A stretch of 64,000 nt of DNA from Gemmatimonadota bacterium (GTDB lineage Bacteria > Gemmatimonadota > Gemmatimonadetes > Gemmatimonadales > GWC2-71-9): contig JAZDCY010000011.1 in NCBI GenBank assembly GCA_036679645.1, positions 32,001 to 96,000 on the forward strand. The letters are read 5' to 3'. Position numbers and translations under genes: made by a program. Below, piece by piece: positions 1 to 10,239 of the stretch (positions are counted from its first letter, which is position 1; the number at the start of each line of letters is the position of its first letter). The notes below the pieces were generated by a model. It searched no databases. It was not told the DNA's origin and worked only from the letters and a program-made list of their open reading frames with translations.

Positions 1-1423
1 TCCCGCCAATCCGATGCGCGAGGCCCGGCGTACCCGGCACCGCCCAGGTACGCGCCAACGTGTCGGCGTCGCGCAGGAGCGGGTGGAACCCCTCTGGGTC
101 GGTCCGCTGCGTGACCGGGAACGGCTCGATTTCATTGATATCTGGGACGAGCCACGGCTCGGCCGCGTTCGCTAAGAAGCCATCAGTCAACAACATGACT
201 GGCGTCATGTACTTTGTGGCCAGGCGGACCGCCTCAATCCCTACCTCAAAGCAATCTGCTGGAGTAGCTGTAGCTACTACTGGCATCGGCGCGTCAGCGT
301 TTCGTCCGTAGACGGCCTGGAAGAGGTCGGATTGTTCGGTCTTCGTGGGCAGGCCCGTGGAGGGGCCGGCGCGCTGCGCATTCACTACTACGAGGGGTAG
401 CTCGGTAGCGATTGCAAGTCCCAGCGCCTCTCCCTTGAGCGCTATTCCCGGCCCCGAACTCGACGTCATGCCGATGGCTCCGGCGTACGAAGCGCCGATC
501 GCGGAGCACACGGCAGCAATCTCGTCCTCGGCCTGGAAGGTCACCACGCCGTGTTCGCGGAACTTGGCGAACAGGTGCAGGAGGGGCGACGCGGGTGTGA
601 TAGGGTAGGAACCAAACACCAGACGCTTCAGGCCCGCAGCCCGCACGCCGGCGAGCAGTCCCCACGCGAGCGCCTCCGTGCCACTCACCGTGCGATAGAG
701 TCCGGGTTCGAGATCCGCCTCCGACACCGCATAACCGGTCACATCGGATCCCATTTCGGCAGTTTCACCGAAGGCGTGCCCGGCATTCAGCGCCGTAGTG
801 TTCGCTTGGGCAATCTCGGGCCGTTTCGCGAACTTCTGCTGGAGCCACTCGATCGTCGCCGCCCGCTCACGTCCGTACATCCACAGCATCAGGCCGAGCG
901 CCCACATGTTTCGGCAGCGCAGAGCTTCCTTCTGACCCAACCCAGACTCCTTTACCGCCTCGAGCGTGCGTCGCGTGATGTCCAGCTTGAGGACCTGATA
1001 CGGCGCCAGCGTCTTGTCCTCGAGCGGGTTCTCGGCGAAGCCCGCCTTAGCGATGTTGCGGTCGGTGAAGGCACCAGTATCGACCAGCACCGTTCCACCG
1101 GCCCGCAGGTCGTCCACCGACACCTTCAGAGCAGCCGGGTTCATGGCAACGAGAACATCCAGCTCGTCTCCCGGCGTTTTCACGTCGCGCGAACCGAACT
1201 GGATCTGGAAGGCAGACACCCCGAACGTCGTGCCTGCAGGGGCTCGTATCTCAGCGGGAAAGTCCGGAAAGGTCGCCAGGTCATTGCCGAGCAGTGCGGT
1301 CTCTTGCATGAACTGAGACCCGGTCAGCTGCATGCCGTCGCCCGAGTCGCCCGCGAATCGGATGACGACGGAATCCCGTATCTGGCGCCCCGTGGGGCCG
1401 TGCGTGACAGTCGGACTGCTCAT
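1..1423 (-). CDS. korA: 2-oxoacid:ferredoxin (acceptor) oxidoreductase subunit alpha, 3' end outside window
   Basis: Not in the ORF track. Manual translation from ATG 1423 gives MSSPT...VVIRFAGDSGDGMQLTGSQF...LATFPDFPAEIRAPAGT, the typical N-terminus of this family. Confidence 0.9.
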   Translation of the reverse strand, partial: MSSPTVTHGPTGRQIRDSVVIRFAGDSGDGMQLTGSQFMQETALLGNDLATFPDFPAEIRAPAGTTFGVSAFQIQFGSRDVKTPGDELDVLVAMNPAALKVSVDDLRAGGTVLVDTGAFTDRNIAKAGFAENPLEDKTLAPYQVLKLDITRRTLEAVKESGLGQKEALRCRNMWALGLMLWMYGRERAATIEWLQQKFAKRPEIAQANTTALNAGHAFGETAEMGSDVTGYAVSEADLEPGLYRTVSGTEALAWGLLAGVRAAGLKRLVFGSYPITPASPLLHLFAKFREHGVVTFQAEDEIAAVCSAIGASYAGAIGMTSSSGPGIALKGEALGLAIATELPLVVVNAQRAGPSTGLPTKTEQSDLFQAVYGRNADAPMPVVATATPADCFEVGIEAVRLATKYMTPVMLLTDGFLANAAEPWLVPDINEIEPFPVTQRTDPEGFHPLLRDADTLARTWAVPGTPGLAHRIGG

Positions 1424-1503
1424 GGGAGATACCCTGGTCGATACATCTACGTCATAAGCTAACGGGAGAAGGCGACGAAGCGGGAGGGTTCCGTTCCCCT
1501 TAC

Positions 1504-1914
1504 CTAGCTCCGGCGCTCCTTTCTAATAACCAACTTGAGCCCCGACCAGGTTTCATCGACCGCGCAGACCTTTACGTCCACCAGGTCGAGCGGGAACGCA
1601 ATCTCCCGCACCACGTCCTCCGTGATGTCGGTCGGCACCCGGGCCGCCTTCTTGGGCCACGACGCCCAGATCATGCCGTTTTGGGCCATTCGCTTGCGCG
1701 CCGAGCGGACAGACCTCTCCAGCGCCGTTCGACGAGTGGCGAAGATGTGCACGAGATCCAGCTCCTTTGCCGCCCCCGCCATGACCCGCACCCCACCCGG
1801 CAGTCGACCAACCAGATCCCAGTAGTTCGCGGGTGGCCCAACGACGGCGACGCGCATCTTCTCTCCATAACCCAGTTTGCGCACCAACGGTGTCCCTGAG
1901 TAGCCAGCAGGCAC
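1504..1914 (-). CDS. DUF3052-like conserved protein
   Basis: AGYSGTPLVRKLG N-terminus; WASWPKKAA...DVKVCAVDETWSGLKLV. Confidence 0.8.
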   Translation of the reverse strand: MPAGYSGTPLVRKLGYGEKMRVAVVGPPANYWDLVGRLPGGVRVMAGAAKELDLVHIFATRRTALERSVRSARKRMAQNGMIWASWPKKAARVPTDITEDVVREIAFPLDLVDVKVCAVDETWSGLKLVIRKERRS

Positions 1915-1916
1915 GG

Positions 1917-2933
1917 TCAGTCCTTTGCGAGGGTGATGCGCCAGATCCTTCCTTCAACGCCCGCAACCCATCCCACTCCCGCTGCGCCCATCGCAACCGC
2001 GTTCACGCTCACGGTATCGATCGCCGTCCAGGTGGTACCCCAGTCGGTTGAGAATCCATAGCCCGACGGCCCGGACGCGACCAGCGTACCGGGGCGACCG
2101 GTCGCTACGGACACCCCGTACCGCACGCCACGAGGGGCCGACGTTCCGACGACCTCCCACGTGACGCCCCCGTCGCGTGTGCGGATGACATTGTCCGACC
2201 CGTCAGTCCGCACCTGGTAGTTACCGCCAACGGCCACTCCGTTGCTCGGATCCTGGAAAGCCAGACCGAACACGCCCGCCGTGGCACCGACCTCCAGTGG
2301 CGTCTCGTGCGCCGTCCACGATCGTCCGCCGTCGGTCGTGCGCAGCACCCGCGCTGTCACGCCGCCACCCGTCCCTATCCACGCATATCGATCGCCGGCC
2401 ACAGTGATGGCGGTACCGCTGGCGGCGAATCCCGCTTCCCTCTCGAGGGGTTCGGGCAGCCGGTCGTGCGACACCTCCACCCACGATCGGCACCCATCCT
2501 CCGTTCGTAAGATGAGAAACGCGCCGTCAACCGGGTCGCCGAACGCGACGCCGCGCTCGTCGTTCCAGAAGGCGAGCCCGTCGAAGAACACGCCCTCGTG
2601 TGTGTTCTCGTACGCGACCGTCCACTGATCACCACCATCCGCGGTGCGATAGATCCGGGCCAACCCGCCCTCGAAACTCGTCCCGAGAACGCAGGCGGTA
2701 ACGGCGTCGACCGCGTGTACATCGACCAGAAACAATCCCTCGCCACCCGGGATGGTATCGGTGTACCAGGTCGTGCCTCCGTCATCCGTGCGTGAAAAAA
2801 CGCCGTTGCGTGCGGTAGCCCACACGACATTGGGGCCGGCAACGGACAGGCCGCGATACTCCGCCTCCGTGCCGGTGAATTGTGGCACGGCCACCGCCTG
2901 CATGGCGAGAGCCACTGCCGGCATGAAACCCAA
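1917..2933 (-). CDS. Exported BNR/Asp-box beta-propeller protein (YCF48-like)
   Basis: Repeated RTxDGGxTW Asp-box motifs; hydrophobic N-terminus; start may be ATG 2924. Confidence 0.8.
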   Translation of the reverse strand: MGFMPAVALAMQAVAVPQFTGTEAEYRGLSVAGPNVVWATARNGVFSRTDDGGTTWYTDTIPGGEGLFLVDVHAVDAVTACVLGTSFEGGLARIYRTADGGDQWTVAYENTHEGVFFDGLAFWNDERGVAFGDPVDGAFLILRTEDGCRSWVEVSHDRLPEPLEREAGFAASGTAITVAGDRYAWIGTGGGVTARVLRTTDGGRSWTAHETPLEVGATAGVFGLAFQDPSNGVAVGGNYQVRTDGSDNVIRTRDGGVTWEVVGTSAPRGVRYGVSVATGRPGTLVASGPSGYGFSTDWGTTWTAIDTVSVNAVAMGAAGVGWVAGVEGRIWRITLAKD

Positions 2934-2945
2934 GTGACGTTCCTC

Positions 2946-3674
2946 CTACGCGATGAGAAGAGAGTTCAGACGTTCACGCGCACGCTCCCACTCGGGCATC
3001 GCGCGGCGGAGCAGTCGATAGAACCGCCTCGAGTGGTTCATCTCGATGCGATGACAAAGCTCGTGTACCAGGACGTAATCCAGACACGAGACCGGCGCCT
3101 TGATCAGCTCGACGTTCAGGGAAACCGTCCCCTTGGCTCCGCAACTTCCCCAGCGCCGGGTCATCTCTCGAAGACGGACGAGCGGCTCGGGACGTCCCAA
3201 CCACGGTGCCTGACGGAGCACGGCAACGAGCCTACGGGGCACTACCTGTTCGGCCCGATGCCGGTACCACGCCTTAAGGAGTGCCTCGATGCGATTGCGT
3301 GACATTCGCCGAGGAGTCGTTACCCACAAGAATCCACCTGAAAGCTTCACCAACTCGGCGCCACGGCGCACCCTCAGCCGATACTGCCGGCCGAGATAAC
3401 AGTGGGTCTCACCGCTCACGTAGCGACGCGGAACGGGAAGCGGGTGGTACTTCTCGAACTGCCGCTGCTGGCGGACGATCCAACCGACCCGGGCGAGGAC
3501 CCGCTGATCCACTTTCTCCAACTCGGCGCTAACCGGCGCCACCACGGAAACGGACAGATCGGGCTCGACCGAGACGGAGAGATACCGGGTGTCGGCGAAA
3601 TGCAGGGCGTATCTGATCTGCCGTCCGTTGATCCCAACTCGCCGGATGACCCCGTCATGCACGTGCCGGCTCAC
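2946..3674 (-). CDS. YgjP/M48-family zinc metallo-hydrolase associated with type I RM
   Basis: GETHCYLGRQY, RWGSC and YVLVHELCH (HExxH) motifs; GTG start overlaps hsdR stop (GTGA). Confidence 0.85.
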   Translation of the reverse strand: MSRHVHDGVIRRVGINGRQIRYALHFADTRYLSVSVEPDLSVSVVAPVSAELEKVDQRVLARVGWIVRQQRQFEKYHPLPVPRRYVSGETHCYLGRQYRLRVRRGAELVKLSGGFLWVTTPRRMSRNRIEALLKAWYRHRAEQVVPRRLVAVLRQAPWLGRPEPLVRLREMTRRWGSCGAKGTVSLNVELIKAPVSCLDYVLVHELCHRIEMNHSRRFYRLLRRAMPEWERARERLNSLLIA

Positions 3675-6600
3675 GGCTTGCGCGCCTTGGCCACATCGAG
3701 GCACCGTTCCATCACCGTGTCAATATCCTCGAGCGTCAAGGGGACGCCGTAGCGGTCCTTCAATTCGAACAGTCGGTCCTCGATGGCGTTCCGCATGCGG
3801 TTCTGTACATCGGTGTTCCGGGTCCAGTTCACCGTCCGTAGCTCTTCCACGATCCTGTCGATGTCGAGTGCGACCTCAGCACCTAGCGTATCTATGTCGA
3901 TACTGTCGGTCCCGTAGCTCAACACGCTTTCGCGCACGACACCGTATAGGGCCCTCGCATCGGGAGCATAGCGGACTGGCTCCGGGACGGTATCCCCCGA
4001 GCGGTCACGCACCTGCCCGCTGATTTCCTGAACGCGATTGAAATACTCGACATCTGACAGACGCCGCTCCCGAAAAGCCCGAATGGTCTCCTCGAGTAGA
4101 TCCGAGAATCGCCTGTAATACGCCGGATCCTCCTCCCAGCGCTCCTTGATTGTCTGTCTCGTGCGGTACGCAATCGTGTCCGCCTTACCGCCGGGCGTGT
4201 CGACCTTCTCGACCTCCCGCGCAAAGGCCTCCTGATCGAAGATGTTCACCAGGTCGGTGAGTTGTTCGACTTCTCCGGTCCCGACGTGCATGTCCAACAA
4301 CCGCTGGATGCGCGGCTCGTAGTCCTTGAACTCGATCTTCTCGGCGTAGCGCCGTTGCACCGAGGCACGCAGCGCCATGAAGAACTTCAGGTCATCCCTG
4401 TACTTCTGGACCTTCTTCTCCGGCGTTTCTTCCAGGAACTTCACGGTCGACAGCGCGACCTGCAGCGTGCGGGCGTACGCCGAGAGCCGTTCCTTGAACT
4501 CCGCCCGCAGGACCGGGTCGGCGAGAACGCGCTCGTACTCCTCTTCGTCCCGCTTGTTCAGTACCGTCTTGAAGACATCCCACAGGTCGGAGTGAAGCTG
4601 AGGGAGCTTGGCGATCTCGAGGGAAACATCGGTCAGCGTGTCTTCCAAGTCTTCCTGGTCGAACTCAGGCAGGCCGCCGTAGAGGTCGAGCGCCTTCTCC
4701 AGATCGTGGAGTACGCCGGCGTAGTCGATGACGTATCCGAAGTCTTTCCCCTCGTAGACGCGGTTAACCCTGGCGATGGCCTGGAGTAGCGAATGGTCCT
4801 TCAGCGGTCGCGTGAGGTACAGCACGACATTCCGCGGCGCGTCGAACCCCGTGAGCAGCTTGGCTACCACGATGATGATGTCGGGCTCAGGACCGTGCTT
4901 GAAGGCGCCGATCAGCTGTTCGTTGTACTCGGTCTCGGATCCGTACCGCTCCATCATCTTGCGCCAGAACTTGACTACTTCTTCGACGTTCTCCTCCAGT
5001 ACATCGACTTCGCCCTCGCGATCGTCGGGCGCGGAGATCAGCACCTCGGAGGTCACTCTGCCGCACTCGTCCAGGTGTTTCTTGTACAGCAGGGCGGTGC
5101 GCTTGTCGGGAGCCACGAGCTGCCCCTTGAATCGCGTGTCCTTCCACGCGTTGGCGAAGTGCGCGCTCAGGTCCCACGCGATGGTCGCGATCTTCTGTTC
5201 GGCTTTGTCGAGCTGGGCGGTGGAGCTGAACTTCTTCTTGAGATCCGCCGCTTGGTCCTTGGAGAGGGTAGCCGTGATCCTGTCGAACCAGCGATCGATC
5301 TGCTCCTTGTCCACCATCTGCGGCACGTAACGCCCCTCGTAGAGCAGGGGAACCACCGATTTGTCTTCAACCGCTTGCCGAATCGTATAAACCGGGGGGA
5401 TCAACCCGCCGAACTGTCGCACGGTGCTCTTCTCGCGCGTCATGATCGGCGTCCCGGTGAAGCCGAGGAAGCAGGCGTTGGGGAGCACACGCCGCATGCG
5501 GGCGTGGATTGGCCCATACTGGCCGCGGTGGCTCTCGTCGACCATCACGAAAATGTCGGGGCTGGTGAGTTTGAGGCCCTTGGTCGCCACCGCGGTCTCG
5601 AACTTGTCGATCACGGTCGTGACGACCATGTGTTTTTCACTCTTGAGCAGCTCGACGAAGTGCTTGCCCGTTCGCGCCCGCTGGGGTTCGAACCCGCAGT
5701 AGCGGAATGTATCCCGTATCTGCTTGTCGAGGTCGATGCGGTCGGTGACGAGAACCACCTTCTTGTTTGCCCCGACAATTTCCTCGGCGATCGCAGCGGC
5801 GAGCATGACCATCGTGAGTGACTTGCCGCTACCCTGGGTGTGCCACACCACGCCGCCGGGCCGGGTGCCGTCGGCACTAGGCCGAGCGACGCGCACCATG
5901 GTCTGCTTGACACAGAAGTACTGCTGGTAGCGGGCGATCTTTTTCTGGCCGCCGTCGTACACCACGAACCGTCGCATCAGTTCGAGCATGCGTTCCGGGC
6001 GACACAGGCTCACCAGCGTCCCGTCCTGCACCGTCGGCTCGCGGCCGGACTCGGAGAGCGCGTCGAAATGGCGGCGCACGTAGCGGAAGCGGTTAGCGAA
6101 CAGACGCTCCATTTGGTCTGAAGGCAACGGCCTATTGACTGCCTCATCGAGCGTCGCTTCGTCCAGGTCCTCTCGCCACACCGCCCAGAACGGCTTGGGT
6201 GTTCCCACCGTCCCATACAGCGCTTCGTTCTTAGAAATCGCGAACAACAGTTGGGCGTAGAGGAAGAGCCGGGGGATGTACTCGTTCTTCTGGTTCCGGA
6301 TCTGTTGTGAGATCGCCTGGTCCATGGGGTCGTCCAGATCCGGCCGCTTGCACTCGATCACTGCCATGGGAATCCCGTTCACGAACAGGACGATGTCCGG
6401 CCGACACGTGTCCGTGCTGCCGGTACGCTCGACCTCGAACTCCTCGGTTACGTGGAACGCGTTGTTCCCGGTGTGTCCCCAATCGATGTACTGAAGCGGG
6501 AACCCTCGTGTATCGCCGAGTATGCTTTGCTGCAGGGATTTGCCCAGCCGGAGCAGGTCGTAGACCTTCTCGCTGGTGCGCACCAGGCCGTCGATGGGAA

Positions 6601-6859
6601 TGTCCTCCAGCGCCTCGACGGCGGTGCGGATGTTCCCCTCCGAGAACGGCCATTCTCTTCCCTTATAGCGAATGCGATTCAGCTCGCGGAGCTTGGGTGC
6701 CAGAATGCCTTCCAACAGCACCCGGCGGGCACGCCCTCCCCGCAGTTCACGGGCCTCATCCGCTGTCAGATACTCCCACCCGAGGTTCTGTAACACCTGG
6801 AGCGCCGGGACCTGGGATATGTGGTCCTCTTTGAAGAGCGGAGTCGCCGAGTCGGTGAT
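3671..6859 (-). CDS. hsdR: Type I restriction endonuclease subunit R
   Basis: RPDIVLFVNGIPMAVIECK nuclease motif, HTQGSGKS Walker A, DESHR DEAD-like box, QAIARVNR. First canonical start is GTG 6796, but HsdR-like residues extend to about 6859. Confidence 0.95.
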   Translation of the reverse strand: MTDSATPLFKEDHISQVPALQVLQNLGWEYLTADEARELRGGRARRVLLEGILAPKLRELNRIRYKGREWPFSEGNIRTAVEALEDIPIDGLVRTSEKVYDLLRLGKSLQQSILGDTRGFPLQYIDWGHTGNNAFHVTEEFEVERTGSTDTCRPDIVLFVNGIPMAVIECKRPDLDDPMDQAISQQIRNQKNEYIPRLFLYAQLLFAISKNEALYGTVGTPKPFWAVWREDLDEATLDEAVNRPLPSDQMERLFANRFRYVRRHFDALSESGREPTVQDGTLVSLCRPERMLELMRRFVVYDGGQKKIARYQQYFCVKQTMVRVARPSADGTRPGGVVWHTQGSGKSLTMVMLAAAIAEEIVGANKKVVLVTDRIDLDKQIRDTFRYCGFEPQRARTGKHFVELLKSEKHMVVTTVIDKFETAVATKGLKLTSPDIFVMVDESHRGQYGPIHARMRRVLPNACFLGFTGTPIMTREKSTVRQFGGLIPPVYTIRQAVEDKSVVPLLYEGRYVPQMVDKEQIDRWFDRITATLSKDQAADLKKKFSSTAQLDKAEQKIATIAWDLSAHFANAWKDTRFKGQLVAPDKRTALLYKKHLDECGRVTSEVLISAPDDREGEVDVLEENVEEVVKFWRKMMERYGSETEYNEQLIGAFKHGPEPDIIIVVAKLLTGFDAPRNVVLYLTRPLKDHSLLQAIARVNRVYEGKDFGYVIDYAGVLHDLEKALDLYGGLPEFDQEDLEDTLTDVSLEIAKLPQLHSDLWDVFKTVLNKRDEEEYERVLADPVLRAEFKERLSAYARTLQVALSTVKFLEETPEKKVQKYRDDLKFFMALRASVQRRYAEKIEFKDYEPRIQRLLDMHVGTGEVEQLTDLVNIFDQEAFAREVEKVDTPGGKADTIAYRTRQTIKERWEEDPAYYRRFSDLLEETIRAFRERRLSDVEYFNRVQEISGQVRDRSGDTVPEPVRYAPDARALYGVVRESVLSYGTDSIDIDTLGAEVALDIDRIVEELRTVNWTRNTDVQNRMRNAIEDRLFELKDRYGVPLTLEDIDTVMERCLDVAKARKP

Positions 6860-6866
6860 CGGAATC

Positions 6867-8114
6867 TCAGGCCGGCACCCTGACCTTGCCGGTCAGGAGC
6901 AGCTCCATGACGCCGCGGCGTTGGCGGTCGAGGACGTCTCTCAGCCTCTCGAGGTACCGGATTTCACGCTCTAAGCAGTCCGCAAAGTCGGCGATCGCGG
7001 CCTGCTCCGCCTTAGGAGGTAATCGAATGTAGATCTTCGAGAGGGCCTGCGGATTCAGTCTCTTGGCTTTCCGGCCGCCTTTCGTGAGTCCGATCTGCCG
7101 AAGGTAGAACCATGGCTGCGTCGCGAGACGGACAAGCCATCCGACATCGACTTCATCAGCAACGTCGAAGGCGGGTAGATCCAGTGTCGTCTCGTAACCG
7201 TCCAGCTCTTCCGGGACGATGCCGCATGCACCATTCAGAAAATCGAGCTTGCTATAAATGAACTGCCCAGCAGATCGACGGTAGTACTTGGTGTTTGCGC
7301 TACCTGGACGCCGGCTAGCGGACGCAACTACGCCCTTGCCGTACAGACGAATGGTAAGCCGTCGCGCATGACGGCCGTCAGACGACGATACGCGGCTCTC
7401 CGTGAGCAGGTCCCCCATTGGATGGGGCACCCATTCTTCCCCGAACTCCTTGAACCGTCGCTTGCCCGTCAGCAGTTGCTGCATGAGGCCGCGCTTGAAC
7501 CGGCGCTTGGCGTCGATTAGGGCCGTGAGCTGTGAATCCAGGAGTTCATGTATTGCTTGGAGCTGGCCGATTCGACGCTGATCGTCTACCGGAGGAACTG
7601 CGACCTTCATGGACGCAAGCCGCCTCCTAGACAACTTCTTCATGCTACCGCTTGTCCCGGCAGCCCGGGCTACTATCTCCCGTCGAGCACGTTCGCCACG
7701 CAGATATGCAGAGAGCCAACGCGGCTCTATCCCTTCGATCACCTCCATGGCCCACATGAGATCGGGGAGGTGGAGGTTTGGATAGTCTCGGTCTACATAT
7801 GCTGTAAGCCCCACGAGGTTTGCGGTGTTCGACCGTGTAATGAGGATCCACCCCGCCTTGATTGGTGGACCGAGTGGTCCACCGCGCTCCGGTCGGACAG
7901 CCTTGTTCTCGAGAGGCCGGAAAGTTCCGTTTGTCACAGCGCTGAGCTTCAGTATTCCATGCTCGCCAACATTCGTAGTACGCTCTTCACATGGAAGACT
8001 TACACCCCCGCGGAACGTTCTGACGAGGTCACCTAGTGTGGAGGTGGTCCATCCCCCGAGCGGTTCCGGGTCCGAGGTTGGTGGGGTGCCGACTAGCGGC
8101 CCGGCGCTAGACAA
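6867..8114 (-). CDS. hsdS: Type I RM specificity subunit S (two TRDs)
   Basis: Two TRDs followed by VPPVDDQRRI and LPPKAEQAAI; KRGLMQQLLTGK and ELLLTGKVRV spacer helices. Confidence 0.93.
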   Translation of the reverse strand: MSSAGPLVGTPPTSDPEPLGGWTTSTLGDLVRTFRGGVSLPCEERTTNVGEHGILKLSAVTNGTFRPLENKAVRPERGGPLGPPIKAGWILITRSNTANLVGLTAYVDRDYPNLHLPDLMWAMEVIEGIEPRWLSAYLRGERARREIVARAAGTSGSMKKLSRRRLASMKVAVPPVDDQRRIGQLQAIHELLDSQLTALIDAKRRFKRGLMQQLLTGKRRFKEFGEEWVPHPMGDLLTESRVSSSDGRHARRLTIRLYGKGVVASASRRPGSANTKYYRRSAGQFIYSKLDFLNGACGIVPEELDGYETTLDLPAFDVADEVDVGWLVRLATQPWFYLRQIGLTKGGRKAKRLNPQALSKIYIRLPPKAEQAAIADFADCLEREIRYLERLRDVLDRQRRGVMELLLTGKVRVPA

Positions 8115-9603
8115 CCCCTAATCCTCTCAAGCGCTGCGCAATCAGGTCGCGGGTCTGTTCAAGCTCGGACTGGATGGACTCGATCTCGGCTTGCACCGCA
8201 GCGAGATCGACCTCCTCTTGCTCCTCGAAGGTGTCCACGTAGCGGGCGACGTTCAGGTTGAACTCGTTCTTCCTGATTTCATCGATCGTCGCCCGGTGGG
8301 CATACTTATCGACCGATTTCCGTGCGCGGAACACGGTCACGATCTTGTCGATATCTTCCGGCCGCAATCGGTTCTGGTTCTTTTCGTCCTCGTACTCCGA
8401 GCTGGCATCGATGAACAACACGTCCGTGTTGTCGCGGCCTTTGCGGAAGATCAGAATAGCGGCCGGGATGCCGGTGCCAAAGAAGAGGTTCGCCGGGAGT
8501 CCAATCACCGCATCCAGCAGGTTCTCGTCGATCAACTTCGTGCGGATCTTCCCCTCGGCGCCCCCGCGGAAGAGCACACCGTGCGGCACGATCACGCCAA
8601 CCCTACCACCGTCTTCCACCGCCGTCTCCACCATGTGGCTGATGAACGCGTAGTCGGCTTTTGATTTAGGGGGCGTGCCGCGATGAAAGCGGTGGAACGG
8701 ATCGCCTGGCGCGTTCTCGGCGCCCCACTTGTCCAATGAGAACGGGGGATTCGCCACGACCACGTCGAACTTCTTCAGCCGGTCACCCTCGACGAGCTTG
8801 GGGCTGTTGAGCGTGTCGCCCCACTCGATCCGCGCGCTATCCACGCCGTGCAGAAACATGTTCATCTTGCACAGCGCCCACGTACCCCCGTTCACCTCTT
8901 GTCCGAAGACGAAGTAATCTTCGCTGCCGACCTCGGCGGCGACCCGGATCAGCAATGAGCCGGAGCCACACGTCGGATCGCAGATCGTCTCGCCCGGCTT
9001 GGGCGCCAGCAGTTTGGCCAACAGAATAGAGACCTCGGCGGGCGTGTAAAACTCGCCGCCTTTCTTGCCGGCGTCGCTGGCAAAATGTCCAATGAGGTAC
9101 TCGTAGGCGTTGCCGATAACATCCAAGTTCCCGATCCGCGATGGCCGCAGATCCAGCACGGGATTGGCAAAGTCGTGGAGCAGGTTCTTGAGACGGCGGT
9201 TCCGGTCCTTGGTCTCGCCCAGGTACGGCTCACTGTTGAAGTCCACGTTCCGGAACACGTTTTCCAGCTTGGTCCGGTTGGCATCCTCGATTCTCTCGAG
9301 CGCAATGTTTATCAACTCGCCGACGTTCGGGGCATCCCGCCGGTCGTAGAGATAGGAGAAGTGCGATTCCTCGGGCACCACGAACCGCTCCCGGCCCAGG
9401 GCACGCTCAACCCGCACCTGGTCACCGCCGTACTTTTTCTCCAGCGCGGCGCGTTTGTCGGTCCACACGTCACTCACGTACTTCACGAACAACATGACCA
9501 GCAGGTAGTCCTTGTATTGCGCCGGGTCGAGCGCACCGCGAAAGGTGTCACAGGCTCGCCAGAGGGTATCGTTGATCTCCTTCTGCGAGATCTTGTCAGT
9601 CAT
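8107..9603 (-). CDS. hsdM: Type I RM methyltransferase subunit M (m6A)
   Basis: GEFYTP, DPTCGSG SAM-binding motif, NPPF catalytic motif; ATG 9603 (MTDKISQ). Confidence 0.96.
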   Translation of the reverse strand: MTDKISQKEINDTLWRACDTFRGALDPAQYKDYLLVMLFVKYVSDVWTDKRAALEKKYGGDQVRVERALGRERFVVPEESHFSYLYDRRDAPNVGELINIALERIEDANRTKLENVFRNVDFNSEPYLGETKDRNRRLKNLLHDFANPVLDLRPSRIGNLDVIGNAYEYLIGHFASDAGKKGGEFYTPAEVSILLAKLLAPKPGETICDPTCGSGSLLIRVAAEVGSEDYFVFGQEVNGGTWALCKMNMFLHGVDSARIEWGDTLNSPKLVEGDRLKKFDVVVANPPFSLDKWGAENAPGDPFHRFHRGTPPKSKADYAFISHMVETAVEDGGRVGVIVPHGVLFRGGAEGKIRTKLIDENLLDAVIGLPANLFFGTGIPAAILIFRKGRDNTDVLFIDASSEYEDEKNQNRLRPEDIDKIVTVFRARKSVDKYAHRATIDEIRKNEFNLNVARYVDTFEEQEEVDLAAVQAEIESIQSELEQTRDLIAQRLRGLGVV

Positions 9604-10228
9604 GGGAGTCCTCCTGCGCATTCAGACGCAGGTTGTCGATGAGCATCTGTCCGATCATCCGGTGGGACGTATCGGTGGCTTGGGCTAGGGCGCTCCTGAG
9701 ATCGCGCTCCCGCGTCAGCAGTTCGGCAAGTTCCGCGATCTCGCGCTGCGTCGCTACCGGCGGTACGACGATCTGCATGTTTTCGAAAACCTTCCGCTGC
9801 ACGATGGGCGTGCCGGCCCCGGTCCGGATCTGTTCGATGATCGCCTGCGCGGGCTTCTGATTCAGGTACCACGCCAGATACCGGCCGTCCAGGCCCTCGC
9901 GCGGGCGCAGGATGTAGAAACTGACGGGCGGCATCGTGCGGTCCGGCACTTCCCGCATCACCCAGGCTCGGTTCTGGATACCCCGGGACATGAACAGCAC
10001 GTCGCCGCCTGCCAGGTGGTACCTGCTCGTGTCCCGGGCACCCGGGTCCATGCGGAGTTCGTGCGCCGGCTCGTACACGTACGGCACGCCGTCTTCCAGG
10101 TGGCGAGAAAGCACGAGCTGGTGGGTCCCATCCGGATCGTGGTCCATCCGGCCGCGAACGGAGAAGCCGGGGAGAACCTCGGCGCAGTCACCGAGTGGCA
10201 TCACGCGGGTTGCCTCGGCTCTCCCCAT
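9596..10228 (-). CDS. Half-size HsdS-like protein (single TRD)
   Basis: GDVLF...YLAWYLNQ...VPPVATQREIAEL matches one HsdS half; overlaps hsdM start. Confidence 0.75.
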   Translation of the reverse strand: MGRAEATRVMPLGDCAEVLPGFSVRGRMDHDPDGTHQLVLSRHLEDGVPYVYEPAHELRMDPGARDTSRYHLAGGDVLFMSRGIQNRAWVMREVPDRTMPPVSFYILRPREGLDGRYLAWYLNQKPAQAIIEQIRTGAGTPIVQRKVFENMQIVVPPVATQREIAELAELLTRERDLRSALAQATDTSHRMIGQMLIDNLRLNAQEDSHD

Positions 10229-10239
10229 TGCTCCTTCCT

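Noticed and set aside
551..1462. 303-aa plus-strand ORF and many similar long antisense ORFs (e.g. 4793..5821, 16386..17726, 52279..53313)
   Set aside because: Shadow frames of well-supported opposite-strand genes in high-GC DNA; no recognisable motifs.
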